DNA of 64,000 nt from Candidatus Omnitrophota bacterium (lineage in GTDB: Bacteria; Omnitrophota; Gorgyraeia; JACQQV01). The notes beneath the pieces were generated by a model. The model was not told where the DNA came from, ran no database searches, and saw only the letters and a list, made by a program, of their open reading frames with translations. Within the stretch, counting starts at the first letter, position 1, and each line of letters opens with the position of its first letter. The position numbers were made by a program, and so were the translations under genes. This document shows, in pieces, positions 30,648-40,263 of this stretch. The stretch is taken from contig JACQQV010000048.1 of assembly GCA_016206785.1 (NCBI GenBank), forward strand, positions 65,889-129,888, written 5' to 3'.

Positions 30648-31901
30648 TTGCATCCCACACCCTTCTTTACAAGGCTTATTTCACTCCTTGGCTCGGCGTT
30701 CTTTATCTTTTCATCACTCCTCCCCGCTTCGGCTTTTAAGACCGACCTTTCCCATCTCAGACCCTCCGCTTCAACCGATAGGGGGATAAGAGGCCGACTT
30801 CATGAGGCCCTTCTTCGATCCGAGGAGGTGGTTTTTATTTTTTCTCGTCATGGTTCCAAAGGTTTTGATCGCATTCGTAAGAAGTTAGATAAAATACGCC
30901 TTCACGCGCAGCGGTCGGGGAAGAAAGTGATCCTTCTGCTTGAACAGGCGGGTCCCAGTCTTGATCTGACATTTCAACACCACCCAGAGCTTTCTGAATC
31001 TCTTCTTTCTAGAAATAAAAAAGATACGGTACTTTTAGAGAAAAGGTTTAAGCAGATCAAAGATCAGATTCGGACATTATATGAAAGGATTAAAAAAGGA
31101 GAAATTCCAGAGGATCTGAATGAGTTTCACAAACAGGTGGCGAAATATATCATTGAACATAAACTCGATTTCGTCCTTGAACTTGAAAACATAGACTTTG
31201 ACCTTTGGCAAATCGAGATGCTGAAAGAGGCCTTCGACAGAATCATCGTGCAAGAATTTTATGAAGGAGATGAGGAAACGTACCTTCCTTTACTTCTTAA
31301 AGAGGTCTCTTATGACAGAACAGGAGTCCTCCGTCGGGATGAAGCCTTGATACGCCAGATCGAGGAAATTCAATCCACGGTTCCTAACTCCATGGTGATC
31401 GCCTTGCGAGGTTCGTTGCATTCCAAAACGGGCATGGCTGAAGCATTAAGAGAAAAAGGGATCCCAGCGCGTTCCGTGATTCCAGGAGAACCCGCATCAT
31501 TACTTTTACTCGTCCCTCACGATGAGGTCACCATCAAACTCATTCAAGAAGACAGAGGTCCAACGGATAAGGAGATAGACCTTCTCCTCAAACAAATTCC
31601 ATTCGATCAACTTGGAATCATCCTTACCCTTCAGGATCCCTTTGCAAGGTTCAGTCTATTGCGTGGCATTGTGGATCGATTAAACCGAGAAGAAATCATA
31701 GAACTTTCCCACGCCCTTTCCCAGAACGGCGGCGTTGGGGCAGGGCCTCCCTTCATCTTTCACTGGTTACAGGAGAAGGACAAGATGACCCACGAGGAGG
31801 CCAAGGCGTTTGACCCCCGTTTATGGGAGAAGGGCAAGACCTCCCCGGATGGAGGAAGAAAAGAAAAGCCCTGGAGCCTCATCCCTCTTTACTACCCTTA
31901 A
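30648..31901 (+). CDS. secreted hypothetical protein (about 417 aa)
   Basis: TTG start; signal peptide ...FIFSSLLPASA|F; no recognisable domain. Confidence 0.55.
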   Translation: MHPTPFFTRLISLLGSAFFIFSSLLPASAFKTDLSHLRPSASTDRGIRGRLHEALLRSEEVVFIFSRHGSKGFDRIRKKLDKIRLHAQRSGKKVILLLEQAGPSLDLTFQHHPELSESLLSRNKKDTVLLEKRFKQIKDQIRTLYERIKKGEIPEDLNEFHKQVAKYIIEHKLDFVLELENIDFDLWQIEMLKEAFDRIIVQEFYEGDEETYLPLLLKEVSYDRTGVLRRDEALIRQIEEIQSTVPNSMVIALRGSLHSKTGMAEALREKGIPARSVIPGEPASLLLLVPHDEVTIKLIQEDRGPTDKEIDLLLKQIPFDQLGIILTLQDPFARFSLLRGIVDRLNREEIIELSHALSQNGGVGAGPPFIFHWLQEKDKMTHEEAKAFDPRLWEKGKTSPDGGRKEKPWSLIPLYYP

Positions 31902-31970
31902 TCCTTCGCATCCCATCGAAATCCTTAGCCCTTTTGTTTGATAGGGTTATGAAGGGCCCTCAATTTTTTT

Positions 31971-31990
31971 AAAATTCTTGCAAGAATTTT
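31971..31990. promoter_or_regulatory. 20-bp perfect palindrome AAAATTCTTG|CAAGAATTTT upstream of spoVG (probable operator for a dimeric regulator)
   Basis: Exact inverted repeat 10+10 with no spacer, about 65 nt upstream of the spoVG ATG. Confidence 0.5.
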
Positions 31991-32056
31991 CCTTTCTTTT
32001 ACGTCATGTACTTATAGGAGCCTTCAATTGGAGCATGGGGTTGAAAGGAGATTGCC

Positions 32057-32332
32057 ATGGAGAGTTTAGGGCTTGAGGTATTAAGGCTTCGCAAACTGGA
32101 TGGAGAAGGGAAGACAAGGGCCTTCTGCGACATTGCCATTTCCGGATCGATTCTTGTGAAAGGGCTCCGGGTCGTCTCCGGGAAGAACGGCCTTTTTGTT
32201 TCGATGCCCAGAGAACAGGGAAAGGATGGAAACTGGTACGAAACGGTAAGTCCTCTCAATGACGAGACGAGGGGCTCTTTAACAGAACTTGTCCTTCAGG
32301 CCTATCGGGACGCTGATGGAGAAAGAGTTTAA
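32057..32332 (+). CDS. spoVG: septation/regulatory protein SpoVG
   Basis: SpoVG-family pattern VSGKNGLFVSMPREQGKDGNWYETVSPLNDETRGSLTELVLQAY; 91 aa. Confidence 0.88.
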   Translation: MESLGLEVLRLRKLDGEGKTRAFCDIAISGSILVKGLRVVSGKNGLFVSMPREQGKDGNWYETVSPLNDETRGSLTELVLQAYRDADGERV

Positions 32333-32696
32333 CTCGCGGAGGTCTCTGGGTAAGGCGGGAGAAATCCTTGCCCAGAGATTTCTTCAAGGGAAAGGATACA
32401 AGATCCTTGAGAAAAATTTCAGGTGCCGATTCGGAGAGATTGATCTTGTGGCCAAAGAAGGTGGAGAGATCGTTTTTATCGAGGTGAAAAGCCGGAATGG
32501 AACGGCTTTCGGATTTCCTGAGGAACAGATTCCTTGGAAAAAACGCAGAAGACTCATCCGCCTTGCGCAGTTTTACTTAAAGCGGCGCCGTAAGGAAGAA
32601 CCTACCCGGATCGATGTGGTTACACTCCTTCTCCATGAGGGAGGAGGAGTGCAACAGGTGGAACTCATTCAAAATGCTATTTCTCTCGGGGGGTAA
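32316..32696 (+). CDS. yraN: YraN-family endonuclease (UPF0102)
   Basis: GKAGEILAQRFLQGKGYKILEKNFRCRFGEIDLVAKEGGEIVFIEVKSR restriction-endonuclease-like core; start uncertain (32289 or 32316). Confidence 0.8.
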   Translation: MEKEFNSRRSLGKAGEILAQRFLQGKGYKILEKNFRCRFGEIDLVAKEGGEIVFIEVKSRNGTAFGFPEEQIPWKKRRRLIRLAQFYLKRRRKEEPTRIDVVTLLLHEGGGVQQVELIQNAISLGG

Positions 32697-32699
32697 GAG

Positions 32700-34241
32700 A
32701 TGTTGGCGAAGGTTGCCTCGGTGGGGGTCCTGGGGATAGAAGGATATTCGGTTGAGGTGGAGGTTGATCTTTCAAACGGTCTCCCCGGCTTCTCCATCGT
32801 CGGTCTTCCCGATTTGGCGGTTAAAGAAAGTGTCGATCGCGTTAAGAGCGCCATTAAAAACTCAGGTTTTGAGTTTCCGAGAAAAAAGATCACGGTGAAT
32901 CTTGCCCCGTGCGACATCCGAAAGGAAGGGCCTTCTTTTGATCTTCCGATCGCTCTCGGGATTCTTCAGGCGACCGGACAACTGGAGTCCGCTTCCCTTC
33001 ATGAGATGATTTGCTGTGGTGAGCTTTCCCTGGATGGAACCCTCCGTCCAATTTCGGGAATTTTGCCACGGTCGGTGGAAGTGGGAAAGCGCCTCGGAAG
33101 AAGATTTGTTGTTCCTCGGGGGAACGCCTTTGAAGCAGCAATCGTGCAGAGGGTTTCTGTCTATGCCATGAAAACGCTTATGGAAACGGTCCGTTTTCTA
33201 AGAGGTGAACTTGAGAGGGAGAAGATCCGGATCGATGTTCAAAGGATGTGGCGGGAGAACGGGCATGAAGAGTTTGATTTTCGGGACGTCAAAGGACAAT
33301 CTCATGCCAAAAGAGCCCTTGAGATCGCGGCAGCCGGGGGTCACAATGTTCTCCTCATCGGTCCCCCGGGAGGGGGGAAGACGATGTTGGCCAAAAGGTT
33401 TTCAACGATTCTCTCCCCCCTTACCTTGGAAGAGGCTATTGAGAGCACAAAGATTCATAGCGTTGCAGGGTATCTTACGAGCAAAAGGCATTTTGTGGCG
33501 GCTCGCCCTTTTCGATCTCCGCATCATACGATCTCCGATGCGGGACTCATTGGTGGAACCGCACACCCAAAACCGGGAGAAGTAAGTCTTGCCCATCATG
33601 GCGTTCTCTTTTTGGATGAACTTCCTGAATTTAAGCGGAATGTCTTGGAAACCCTTCGTCAGCCTCTTGAGGATGGGCATGTCACGATCTCCCGCGCCGA
33701 AACTTCTTTAACCTATCCTGCCCGTTTTATCCTCGTTTGTGCCATGAACCCCTGCCCCTGCGGATATCTCACCGATCCGAGAAAGGAATGCCGCTGCAGT
33801 TCCTACCAGATTGAAAAATATTATTCCCGCATCTCCGGTCCCCTCATCGACCGGATCGATATTCACCTGGAGGTCCCTCCCTTGAAATATGAAGAGATGA
33901 CGCAAGGAGGTGAGGGGGAGGATTCCAAGGCGATCCGCGAGAGGGTCCATCGCGCACGAGGAGTTCAGAAGAGAAGATATGAAGGTAAGGCACCGGAATT
34001 CTGCAACGCCATTCTCGGCCCGAAAGAAATGGTGCGCTACTGCGCTTTGTCGCGGTCGGGGAAGGAACTTTTACGTGTCGCGATCCAAGAGCTGGGCTTA
34101 AGCATGCGTGCCTATGACCGTATCTTAAAAGTGGCAAGAACGATTGCGGACCTTGAGGGCGAAGAAAACATCCAATCCTCTCACATTTCAGAGGCGCTCG
34201 GATACCGGAGCCTCGATCGCACCTTTAGAAGATTTCCTTAA
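32700..34241 (+). CDS. comM: YifB/ComM-family Mg-chelatase-like AAA+ ATPase
   Basis: N-terminal MLAKVASVGVLGIEGYSVEVEVDLSNGLPGFSIVGLPD, Walker A LLIGPPGGGKTMLAKR, C-terminal Cys cluster. Confidence 0.88.
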   Translation: MLAKVASVGVLGIEGYSVEVEVDLSNGLPGFSIVGLPDLAVKESVDRVKSAIKNSGFEFPRKKITVNLAPCDIRKEGPSFDLPIALGILQATGQLESASLHEMICCGELSLDGTLRPISGILPRSVEVGKRLGRRFVVPRGNAFEAAIVQRVSVYAMKTLMETVRFLRGELEREKIRIDVQRMWRENGHEEFDFRDVKGQSHAKRALEIAAAGGHNVLLIGPPGGGKTMLAKRFSTILSPLTLEEAIESTKIHSVAGYLTSKRHFVAARPFRSPHHTISDAGLIGGTAHPKPGEVSLAHHGVLFLDELPEFKRNVLETLRQPLEDGHVTISRAETSLTYPARFILVCAMNPCPCGYLTDPRKECRCSSYQIEKYYSRISGPLIDRIDIHLEVPPLKYEEMTQGGEGEDSKAIRERVHRARGVQKRRYEGKAPEFCNAILGPKEMVRYCALSRSGKELLRVAIQELGLSMRAYDRILKVARTIADLEGEENIQSSHISEALGYRSLDRTFRRFP

Positions 34242-34374
34242 CGAGAATATTTTCCCGCCGTCTGACTCATGTTATAATGGTTCACTCATTACGCGAGCTT
34301 CGGCAAATGATCTTCTTGAAATCCCTTGACACTTAGGAGGGGAAGTTTTAGGATGAAAACGAAAGGGAAAAAAG

Positions 34375-34851
34375 ATGGATGAACGGGTAAAAAAGAAAGT
34401 CCTCCAGATGTTCACCTACGGACTCTATGTGATTGGGGTCAGGGACAATAGTACAGTGCATGCCTTTACCGGCACCTGGTTAAGTCAGGCCTCTTTCAGG
34501 CCCCCCCTTGTGATGTTGGGTGTTTCGGGAGAGGGGCGTTCCGCACAGATGATTCAAGAAAGCCGTGTCTTTAGTGTGAGTATTTTAGGGACAGGCCAAA
34601 AGGAGATTGCACAGAGTTTCTTCAAATGTCCCGAACCGAAGAATGGCAAATTTGGAGAACTTTCATTCCAAAAAGGGGCGAATGGTTGTCCGATCCTCAC
34701 AGAGGCCCCAGCTTTTTTAGAATGCAACGTGGTGGAAACGGTGGAAAGGGGAGATCATCTTGTGGTGATCGGGGAAGTGGTTGAGGCGGGGGTTCAAAAA
34801 GAGGTGGCCCCTTTGGCCCTTTCAGAAACTCCCTGGAAATACGGCGGCTGA
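34375..34851 (+). CDS. flavin reductase-like domain protein
   Basis: FTYGLYVIGVRDNSTVHAFTGTWLSQASFRPPLVMLGV flavin-reductase fold motif. Confidence 0.75.
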   Translation: MDERVKKKVLQMFTYGLYVIGVRDNSTVHAFTGTWLSQASFRPPLVMLGVSGEGRSAQMIQESRVFSVSILGTGQKEIAQSFFKCPEPKNGKFGELSFQKGANGCPILTEAPAFLECNVVETVERGDHLVVIGEVVEAGVQKEVAPLALSETPWKYGG

Positions 34852-34896
34852 CTTCATCCTTTCGTATCGTCCCATTATAATACGCGATAAGCAATA

Positions 34897-34923
34897 AGCC
34901 CATTTCGCCCTATCGAGAGGTAG
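34897..34923 (+). terminator. rho-independent terminator
   Basis: gcccta-tcgagagg-tagggc followed by TTTTTGTT. Confidence 0.55.
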
Positions 34924-34947
34924 GGCTTTTTGTTAGAATAAAGGGGT

Positions 34948-36258
34948 ATGGAAAAGAAAGAGACCGCTACACACATCGTTAAAATTTTAAGAGACCGAGG
35001 ATTCGAAGCGTACTGGACGGGAGGATCGGTTCGCGATAGCCTGATGGGGCAATCTCCCAAAGATTATGACATCGCCACAAACGCCAAGCCGGATGAGGTC
35101 AAAAAGCTTTTTCCAAAAACGGTTCCGGTGGGGGAAAAATTTGGGGTCCTTCTCGTTGTCCTGGAAGGTCAGAATTTTGAAGTGGCCACCTTCCGGACCG
35201 AAGGGGTTTACTCGGATGGGCGGCGGCCCGATTCGGTCACTTTTTCAAACGCCAAAGAAGATGCTCTCCGTCGAGACTTTACGATCAACGGTCTTTTCTA
35301 CGACCCTCTCTCAGGGAAACTATTGGATTATGTTGAGGGAGAAAAGGACATTCAGGCGAAGCGGATTCGGACCATTGGAAACCCTGAAGAGCGTTTTCGG
35401 GAAGACAAACTTCGGCTGCTTCGGGCGATCCGATTTGCCAGTAATCTCTCTTTTGAAATCGAGCCAGAAACGTTTCGGACGATTCAACGACTTGCACCGG
35501 AGATCAAAGGGGTTAGCCCAGAGCGTATTCGGGAGGAGCTCGTTAAAATTTTTACTCGGGCCGGGGCCGGTCGGGGACTTGGGCTTTTAAGTGAGAGCCG
35601 GCTTCTTAAGGAGATTTTGCCTGAGGTTGAGGCCATGAAAGGGGTCGACCAACCCAGGGAGTTTCATCCGGAGGGGGATGTGTTTATCCATACGAAGCTC
35701 ATGCTGGATAAACTCGATCATCCGTCGGTTACCCTTGCTTTTTCCTGTCTTCTCCATGATGTCGGAAAACCCCTCACCTACGAAGTCACCGATCGAATCC
35801 GGTTTAACCAGCATCCAGAAGTAGGAGCGGAGCTTTCTGAGAAAATCCTTGCCCGCCTCCGCTTTTCAAATGAAGAGAAAGAACGGATCATCGCGTGCGT
35901 TCAAAATCATATGCGTTTTAAAGAGGTGCAAAAGATGCGGCCCGGGAAACTGAAAGGACTTCTTCAGCGGGAAACCTTTCTTGAGGAACTCGAACTTCAC
36001 CGCATCGATTGCCTCTCAAGCCATGGCATTCTGGAGAACTGGGAATTCTTAAGAAAAAAGCTGGGGGAGTTTAGCGAGGAAGATATCAAACCCAAACCGT
36101 TCCTCCGGGGGGACGATCTCCTTACCCTCGGTTTTACCCAAGGGCCCCTTCTTGGAAAAATTCTTACGGAACTGAACGACCTTCAACTGGAGGGGACGGT
36201 CGCCTCTAAAGAGGAAGCACTCGCCTGGGTCCTTACCCACTACCCAACCCCTTCGTAA
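34948..36258 (+). CDS. cca: CCA-adding tRNA nucleotidyltransferase with HD domain
   Basis: GGSVRDSLMGQSPKDYDIAT polymerase-beta-like head; HD motif LLHDVGK. Confidence 0.88.
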   Translation: MEKKETATHIVKILRDRGFEAYWTGGSVRDSLMGQSPKDYDIATNAKPDEVKKLFPKTVPVGEKFGVLLVVLEGQNFEVATFRTEGVYSDGRRPDSVTFSNAKEDALRRDFTINGLFYDPLSGKLLDYVEGEKDIQAKRIRTIGNPEERFREDKLRLLRAIRFASNLSFEIEPETFRTIQRLAPEIKGVSPERIREELVKIFTRAGAGRGLGLLSESRLLKEILPEVEAMKGVDQPREFHPEGDVFIHTKLMLDKLDHPSVTLAFSCLLHDVGKPLTYEVTDRIRFNQHPEVGAELSEKILARLRFSNEEKERIIACVQNHMRFKEVQKMRPGKLKGLLQRETFLEELELHRIDCLSSHGILENWEFLRKKLGEFSEEDIKPKPFLRGDDLLTLGFTQGPLLGKILTELNDLQLEGTVASKEEALAWVLTHYPTPS

Positions 36259-36295
36259 GTTTTCCTGCCTCGCCGGCAGGCGGGCCCTTTTATTC

Positions 36296-36324
36296 TTGAA
36301 AAATAACCCCCTCTGTGATATAAT
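36296..36324 (+). promoter_or_regulatory. sigma70 promoter TTGAAA-17-TATAAT upstream of the MoxR/Bat operon, preceded by a terminator-like hairpin
   Basis: TTGAAA 36296-36301, TATAAT 36319-36324; upstream cctgcc-tcgcc-ggcagg then TTTTATT. Confidence 0.55.
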
Positions 36325-36381
36325 GTAACTATTGATAAAATCGGAAGTTGTGTGTAGTATCGGCCACCCAAGGAGGAATTC

Positions 36382-37368
36382 ATGGTGCAGGATTTGAAGG
36401 CTCTGAATGAGAGGATTAAACAAGAAAGTGAGTTTATTCCCCCTTTAATTTCTGAGATCGGGAAGGTGATCGTCGGGCAAAAGTACATGATTGAAAGACT
36501 CCTCATCGGCCTTTTGGCCAATGGACATATCCTCCTCGAGGGGGTGCCGGGTCTCGCCAAAACCGCTTCTGTCAAGACACTCGCCCAAACGATCGACACG
36601 AAATTTCAGAGGATCCAGTTTACGCCGGATCTTCTCCCCGCAGACCTTATCGGAACACTCATTTATAATCCCAAGGAGGGGAACTTTCTCACCAAAAAAG
36701 GTCCTCTCTTTGCCAATATTATCCTCGCCGATGAGATTAACCGCGCCCCGGCCAAAGTTCAAAGTGCTCTTCTTGAAGCGATGCAGGAGCGGCAGGTGAC
36801 TATTGGCGAGAACACTTTTAAACTGGACGATCCTTTTTTGGTCCTCGCCACCCAGAACCCGATCGAACAGGAGGGAACGTATAACCTTCCGGAAGCCCAG
36901 GTGGACCGGTTTATGTTGAAACTAAAGATCACCTATCCCGCGAAAGACGAGGAGAAGATGATTATGGAGCGGATGGCGGGTGGGCCGCCGATCACGGTAA
37001 ATAAAATCATTTCACCGCAGAAACTCATTCAGGCCCGTGAAGTGGTCAATCAGATTTATGTGGATGACAAGATCAAAGATTATATTGTTGAACTTGTGAT
37101 AGCGAGCCGAAATCCTGAGGCGTATCATCTCGACCTTAAAGGATTTATCCTCTACGGGGCCTCTCCTCGCGCTACCATCAACCTCAACATGGCCGCGAAG
37201 GCCCACGCCTTTTTAAATCGAAGGGGGTACGTGATCCCCGAAGACATCAAGGCGATCGGGTTGGATGTCCTTCGCCATCGGATCCTTGTGACCTACGAGG
37301 CCGAGGCGGAAGAGGTCACTTCTGAGGATATCGTTCAAAAACTCTTCCAAGGCGTTCCGGTTCCATGA
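36382..37368 (+). CDS. MoxR-family AAA+ ATPase
   Basis: VIVGQKYMIERLLIGLLANGHILLEGVPGLAKT Walker A region; 328 aa. Confidence 0.9.
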   Translation: MVQDLKALNERIKQESEFIPPLISEIGKVIVGQKYMIERLLIGLLANGHILLEGVPGLAKTASVKTLAQTIDTKFQRIQFTPDLLPADLIGTLIYNPKEGNFLTKKGPLFANIILADEINRAPAKVQSALLEAMQERQVTIGENTFKLDDPFLVLATQNPIEQEGTYNLPEAQVDRFMLKLKITYPAKDEEKMIMERMAGGPPITVNKIISPQKLIQAREVVNQIYVDDKIKDYIVELVIASRNPEAYHLDLKGFILYGASPRATINLNMAAKAHAFLNRRGYVIPEDIKAIGLDVLRHRILVTYEAEAEEVTSEDIVQKLFQGVPVP

Positions 37369-38240
37369 TCCCGGAGGAATTCTTCAGTCATATCCGCCGG
37401 CTCGAGATTACCACAAAGCGTCTGGTGACCGATCTTTTTGCCGGCGAATACGAAAGCATTTTTAAGGGAAGGGGGATTGAATTTAGTGAGGTACGGGAGT
37501 ACCAGATCGGCGATGACATCCGGACGATCGACTGGAATGTGACGGCGCGGATGAACCGCGTTCACACCAAGCGGTTCGTGGAGGAGAGGGAACTCACCAT
37601 CATGTTTCTCGTCGACTTGAGCGCTTCGAGCTCCTTCGGAAGTTCGGATAAGACAAAGAGGGAATTTGCTTCTGAAGTGGCTGCCCTTCTTGCCTATTCG
37701 GCGTTTCTAAACCAGGATAAGATCGGCATGCTCCTTTTTACAGACCGCGTCGAGAAGTTTCTCCCCCCCAAGAAAAGGCGCGTGCATTTTTTGGAGATGA
37801 TTCGCGATTTCCTTTATTTTTCACCAAAGGGCAAAAAGACCGACCTTAAACTGGCGCTCAACACTTTAAATCGTGTGATTTCCCGTCGATGCGTCGTGTT
37901 TATTATTTCCGATTTTCTCTCAGAAGATTACTGGCATCTCCTTCAGACAACTCATAAGCGGCATGACACCATCTGCGTGGTCGTCCAGGATCATCGGGAA
38001 CTGGTGATCCCTCGCGTCGGTCTTGTCGAATTTGAGGATGCGGAAACAGGGGAGGTCCAACTTGTGAATACACGAGAACTCTCCTTCGCCAACTCCTTCG
38101 AAAGAAAATCAAGGGAACGACACGCAGAGCTTTTTGGAAAATTCAGTTCCATCGGAATCGATGCAATTCCAATTATCGTTGGAGAGCCCTATATCCAGCC
38201 TTTGATGAAGTTTTTCCGAGACCGTCAGAGAAGAAGATAG
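37365..38240 (+). CDS. DUF58 domain protein (MoxR-associated, VWA-like)
   Basis: EYQIGDDIRTIDWNVTAR signature; ATGA overlap with the moxR-family gene. Confidence 0.85.
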   Translation: MIPEEFFSHIRRLEITTKRLVTDLFAGEYESIFKGRGIEFSEVREYQIGDDIRTIDWNVTARMNRVHTKRFVEERELTIMFLVDLSASSSFGSSDKTKREFASEVAALLAYSAFLNQDKIGMLLFTDRVEKFLPPKKRRVHFLEMIRDFLYFSPKGKKTDLKLALNTLNRVISRRCVVFIISDFLSEDYWHLLQTTHKRHDTICVVVQDHRELVIPRVGLVEFEDAETGEVQLVNTRELSFANSFERKSRERHAELFGKFSSIGIDAIPIIVGEPYIQPLMKFFRDRQRRR

Positions 38241-38249
38241 GGAGGTTGC

Positions 38250-39224
38250 ATGGGGAAAAAGGCGATTTCCCTTGTCTATCTCATCACTCTGTCTCTTCTT
38301 TTCTGGACGGAGGAAGCCCCTGGAGGGAAGGCCTTGACCCTCTCCGCACGTGTCGATAAAAGGACCATTCGCGTGGGCGACGAAGTGCTTTATGAAATCC
38401 GTGCAACCCACCCTTCCGATGTGCTGGTGACCCTCCCCGGCGAGGGGATCGATTTCGGCCCTTTTGAAGCAAAACGCTATCGCCCTCTCCCTCGCCGTAG
38501 CGGAGGAGAGGAGGTGACCGAAGGGGTTGATTTTTTCTTAACCATTTTCAAGCCGGGGGTATGGCAGATTCCTCCCCTTGATATTCCGTATACGGACTAC
38601 CGAAAACGCGCCCTCCCCGAGTCTTCGGTAGAAGAAGCGCTCTCTGCAGGATCAAGTCTTGGAATGCGGGGGATCGAAAAAACGGAGCCCGTTGAAATTA
38701 CGGTCCAAAGTCTCCTGGGCGAGGAGCCCTCTGCGCCAATGGACATTCAGAAGCTGAGAACCCCTGAGAGAAATAAAGGGCTCCGGGTTATTTTTAAAAC
38801 ATTCGCTCTTCTCTTACTGTCGATTGGCGTTGTCTGCATCGGGATTTATGGAATCATTCGGCTCATGCCAAAACCGATCGCAAGGATTTCGCGTGAGGAT
38901 CCCTCGAATGCCGCTCTTCGTGCTCTTGCAGAGTTGAAGAAAAAGATGACGGGCGGGACGGTTACGGTCATGCATTACAAGGAACTTTCGAAGACCCTTC
39001 GCGATTATCTTGCCAAGCAATATGATCCGCTCACCCTTCATCTCACGACAACCGAACTCCTCGAGCGGATGGTGAACTATCCTCCTTGTCGCAGCATTAC
39101 GGATAAAGCGCAGGAAATCTTGAGGATATCCGATCTTGTTAAATTTTCGGATCGGCCGGTCGATTCAGAAGAGTTTACAACTTTTCTCAAATCGGCCGAA
39201 GAGATTTTCTCAAGTTCTTCATGA
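38250..39224 (+). CDS. hypothetical membrane protein of the Bat operon (DUF4381-like position)
   Basis: Signal/TM at the N-terminus and an internal TM (LLLLSIGVVCIGIYGII); lies between DUF58 and the VWA genes. Confidence 0.6.
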   Translation: MGKKAISLVYLITLSLLFWTEEAPGGKALTLSARVDKRTIRVGDEVLYEIRATHPSDVLVTLPGEGIDFGPFEAKRYRPLPRRSGGEEVTEGVDFFLTIFKPGVWQIPPLDIPYTDYRKRALPESSVEEALSAGSSLGMRGIEKTEPVEITVQSLLGEEPSAPMDIQKLRTPERNKGLRVIFKTFALLLLSIGVVCIGIYGIIRLMPKPIARISREDPSNAALRALAELKKKMTGGTVTVMHYKELSKTLRDYLAKQYDPLTLHLTTTELLERMVNYPPCRSITDKAQEILRISDLVKFSDRPVDSEEFTTFLKSAEEIFSSSS

Positions 39225-39225
39225 A

Positions 39226-40251
39226 ATGGAAAGCCCCTTAAGAATCGCAAATCCAATCTTTTTAATCCTTTTTCCGGTTGTTCTCATCATCGCATTCCTC
39301 TACGCTAAAAATCGGATCGGGAAAGAGCCAACCCTCCGCTTCTCGAGTCTTTCTCTTCTTCGGGTGGACGCAGGGACCTCTTCGCTTCCAAGACGGATGT
39401 GTCTACTTGCGATCCGGATCCTCATTCTCCTGTTATTAGGAATCGCTTTATTGCGCCCCCAAAAGGGAGAAGGGATCGAGGAACTGAGAGATAAGGGAAT
39501 TGATCTCATCCTTGCCCTGGATGTGTCAGGGAGCATGAAGGCGCTCGATTTTTTACCGAAAAACCGTTTGGAAGGGGCCAAGGAAGCGTCAAAAGTGTTT
39601 ATTAAACGGCGCAAGGGGGATCGGATCGGCCTTGTTGTCTTCGGAGCGCAAAGTTATACGCAATGTCCGTTGACGCTGGACCATGATCAACTCATTCGAC
39701 TCCTGGATGAAGTTCACATCGGGATGATTGAAGATGGCACAGCCATTGGACTCGCCATTGCCAGTGCTGTCAATCGACTCAAAAATTCAGAGGCCCAGAC
39801 GAAAGTCCTCGTCCTCCTCACCGACGGGATCAACAACGCCGGCGAAATTGAACCGATGGCTGCGGCTCAACTGGCAAAATATTTTGGGATAAAGGTTTAT
39901 ACCCTAGGGGCAGGGAAAACCGGCATGAGCCTTTACCCCGTGGAAGAGGAGACTTCGCGGCCCAAGGATGCGCTCCTTTCTGAAGAAAAGTATGTTCGTG
40001 TTCAGAATCAGCTCGATGAGTCCTCCTTGAAGGCGATTGCCTCTTCCACCGGAGGCCGTTATTTCAGGGTGGAGGACAAACTTTCTCTGGAACGGACCTT
40101 TCAGGAAATTGACACCCTCGAAAAAGTCGGCATTACGACGAGGCGCTATAAGAATTACATTGATCTTTTCCCTTTTTTCGTTTGGCCGGCGATCGGCCTT
40201 TTAGGAATTGAAATGATGCTTCGTAACACCCTTTTCATGAAGATCCCCTGA
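39226..40251 (+). CDS. VWA-domain membrane protein (BatA-like)
   Basis: ATG 39226 (MESPLRIANPIF) two nt after the previous stop; N-terminal TM helices then a vWA domain with MIDAS (LDVSGSM, LLTDGINNAG). Confidence 0.85.
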   Translation: MESPLRIANPIFLILFPVVLIIAFLYAKNRIGKEPTLRFSSLSLLRVDAGTSSLPRRMCLLAIRILILLLLGIALLRPQKGEGIEELRDKGIDLILALDVSGSMKALDFLPKNRLEGAKEASKVFIKRRKGDRIGLVVFGAQSYTQCPLTLDHDQLIRLLDEVHIGMIEDGTAIGLAIASAVNRLKNSEAQTKVLVLLTDGINNAGEIEPMAAAQLAKYFGIKVYTLGAGKTGMSLYPVEEETSRPKDALLSEEKYVRVQNQLDESSLKAIASSTGGRYFRVEDKLSLERTFQEIDTLEKVGITTRRYKNYIDLFPFFVWPAIGLLGIEMMLRNTLFMKIP

Positions 40252-40263
40252 GGGAGAACGGCA

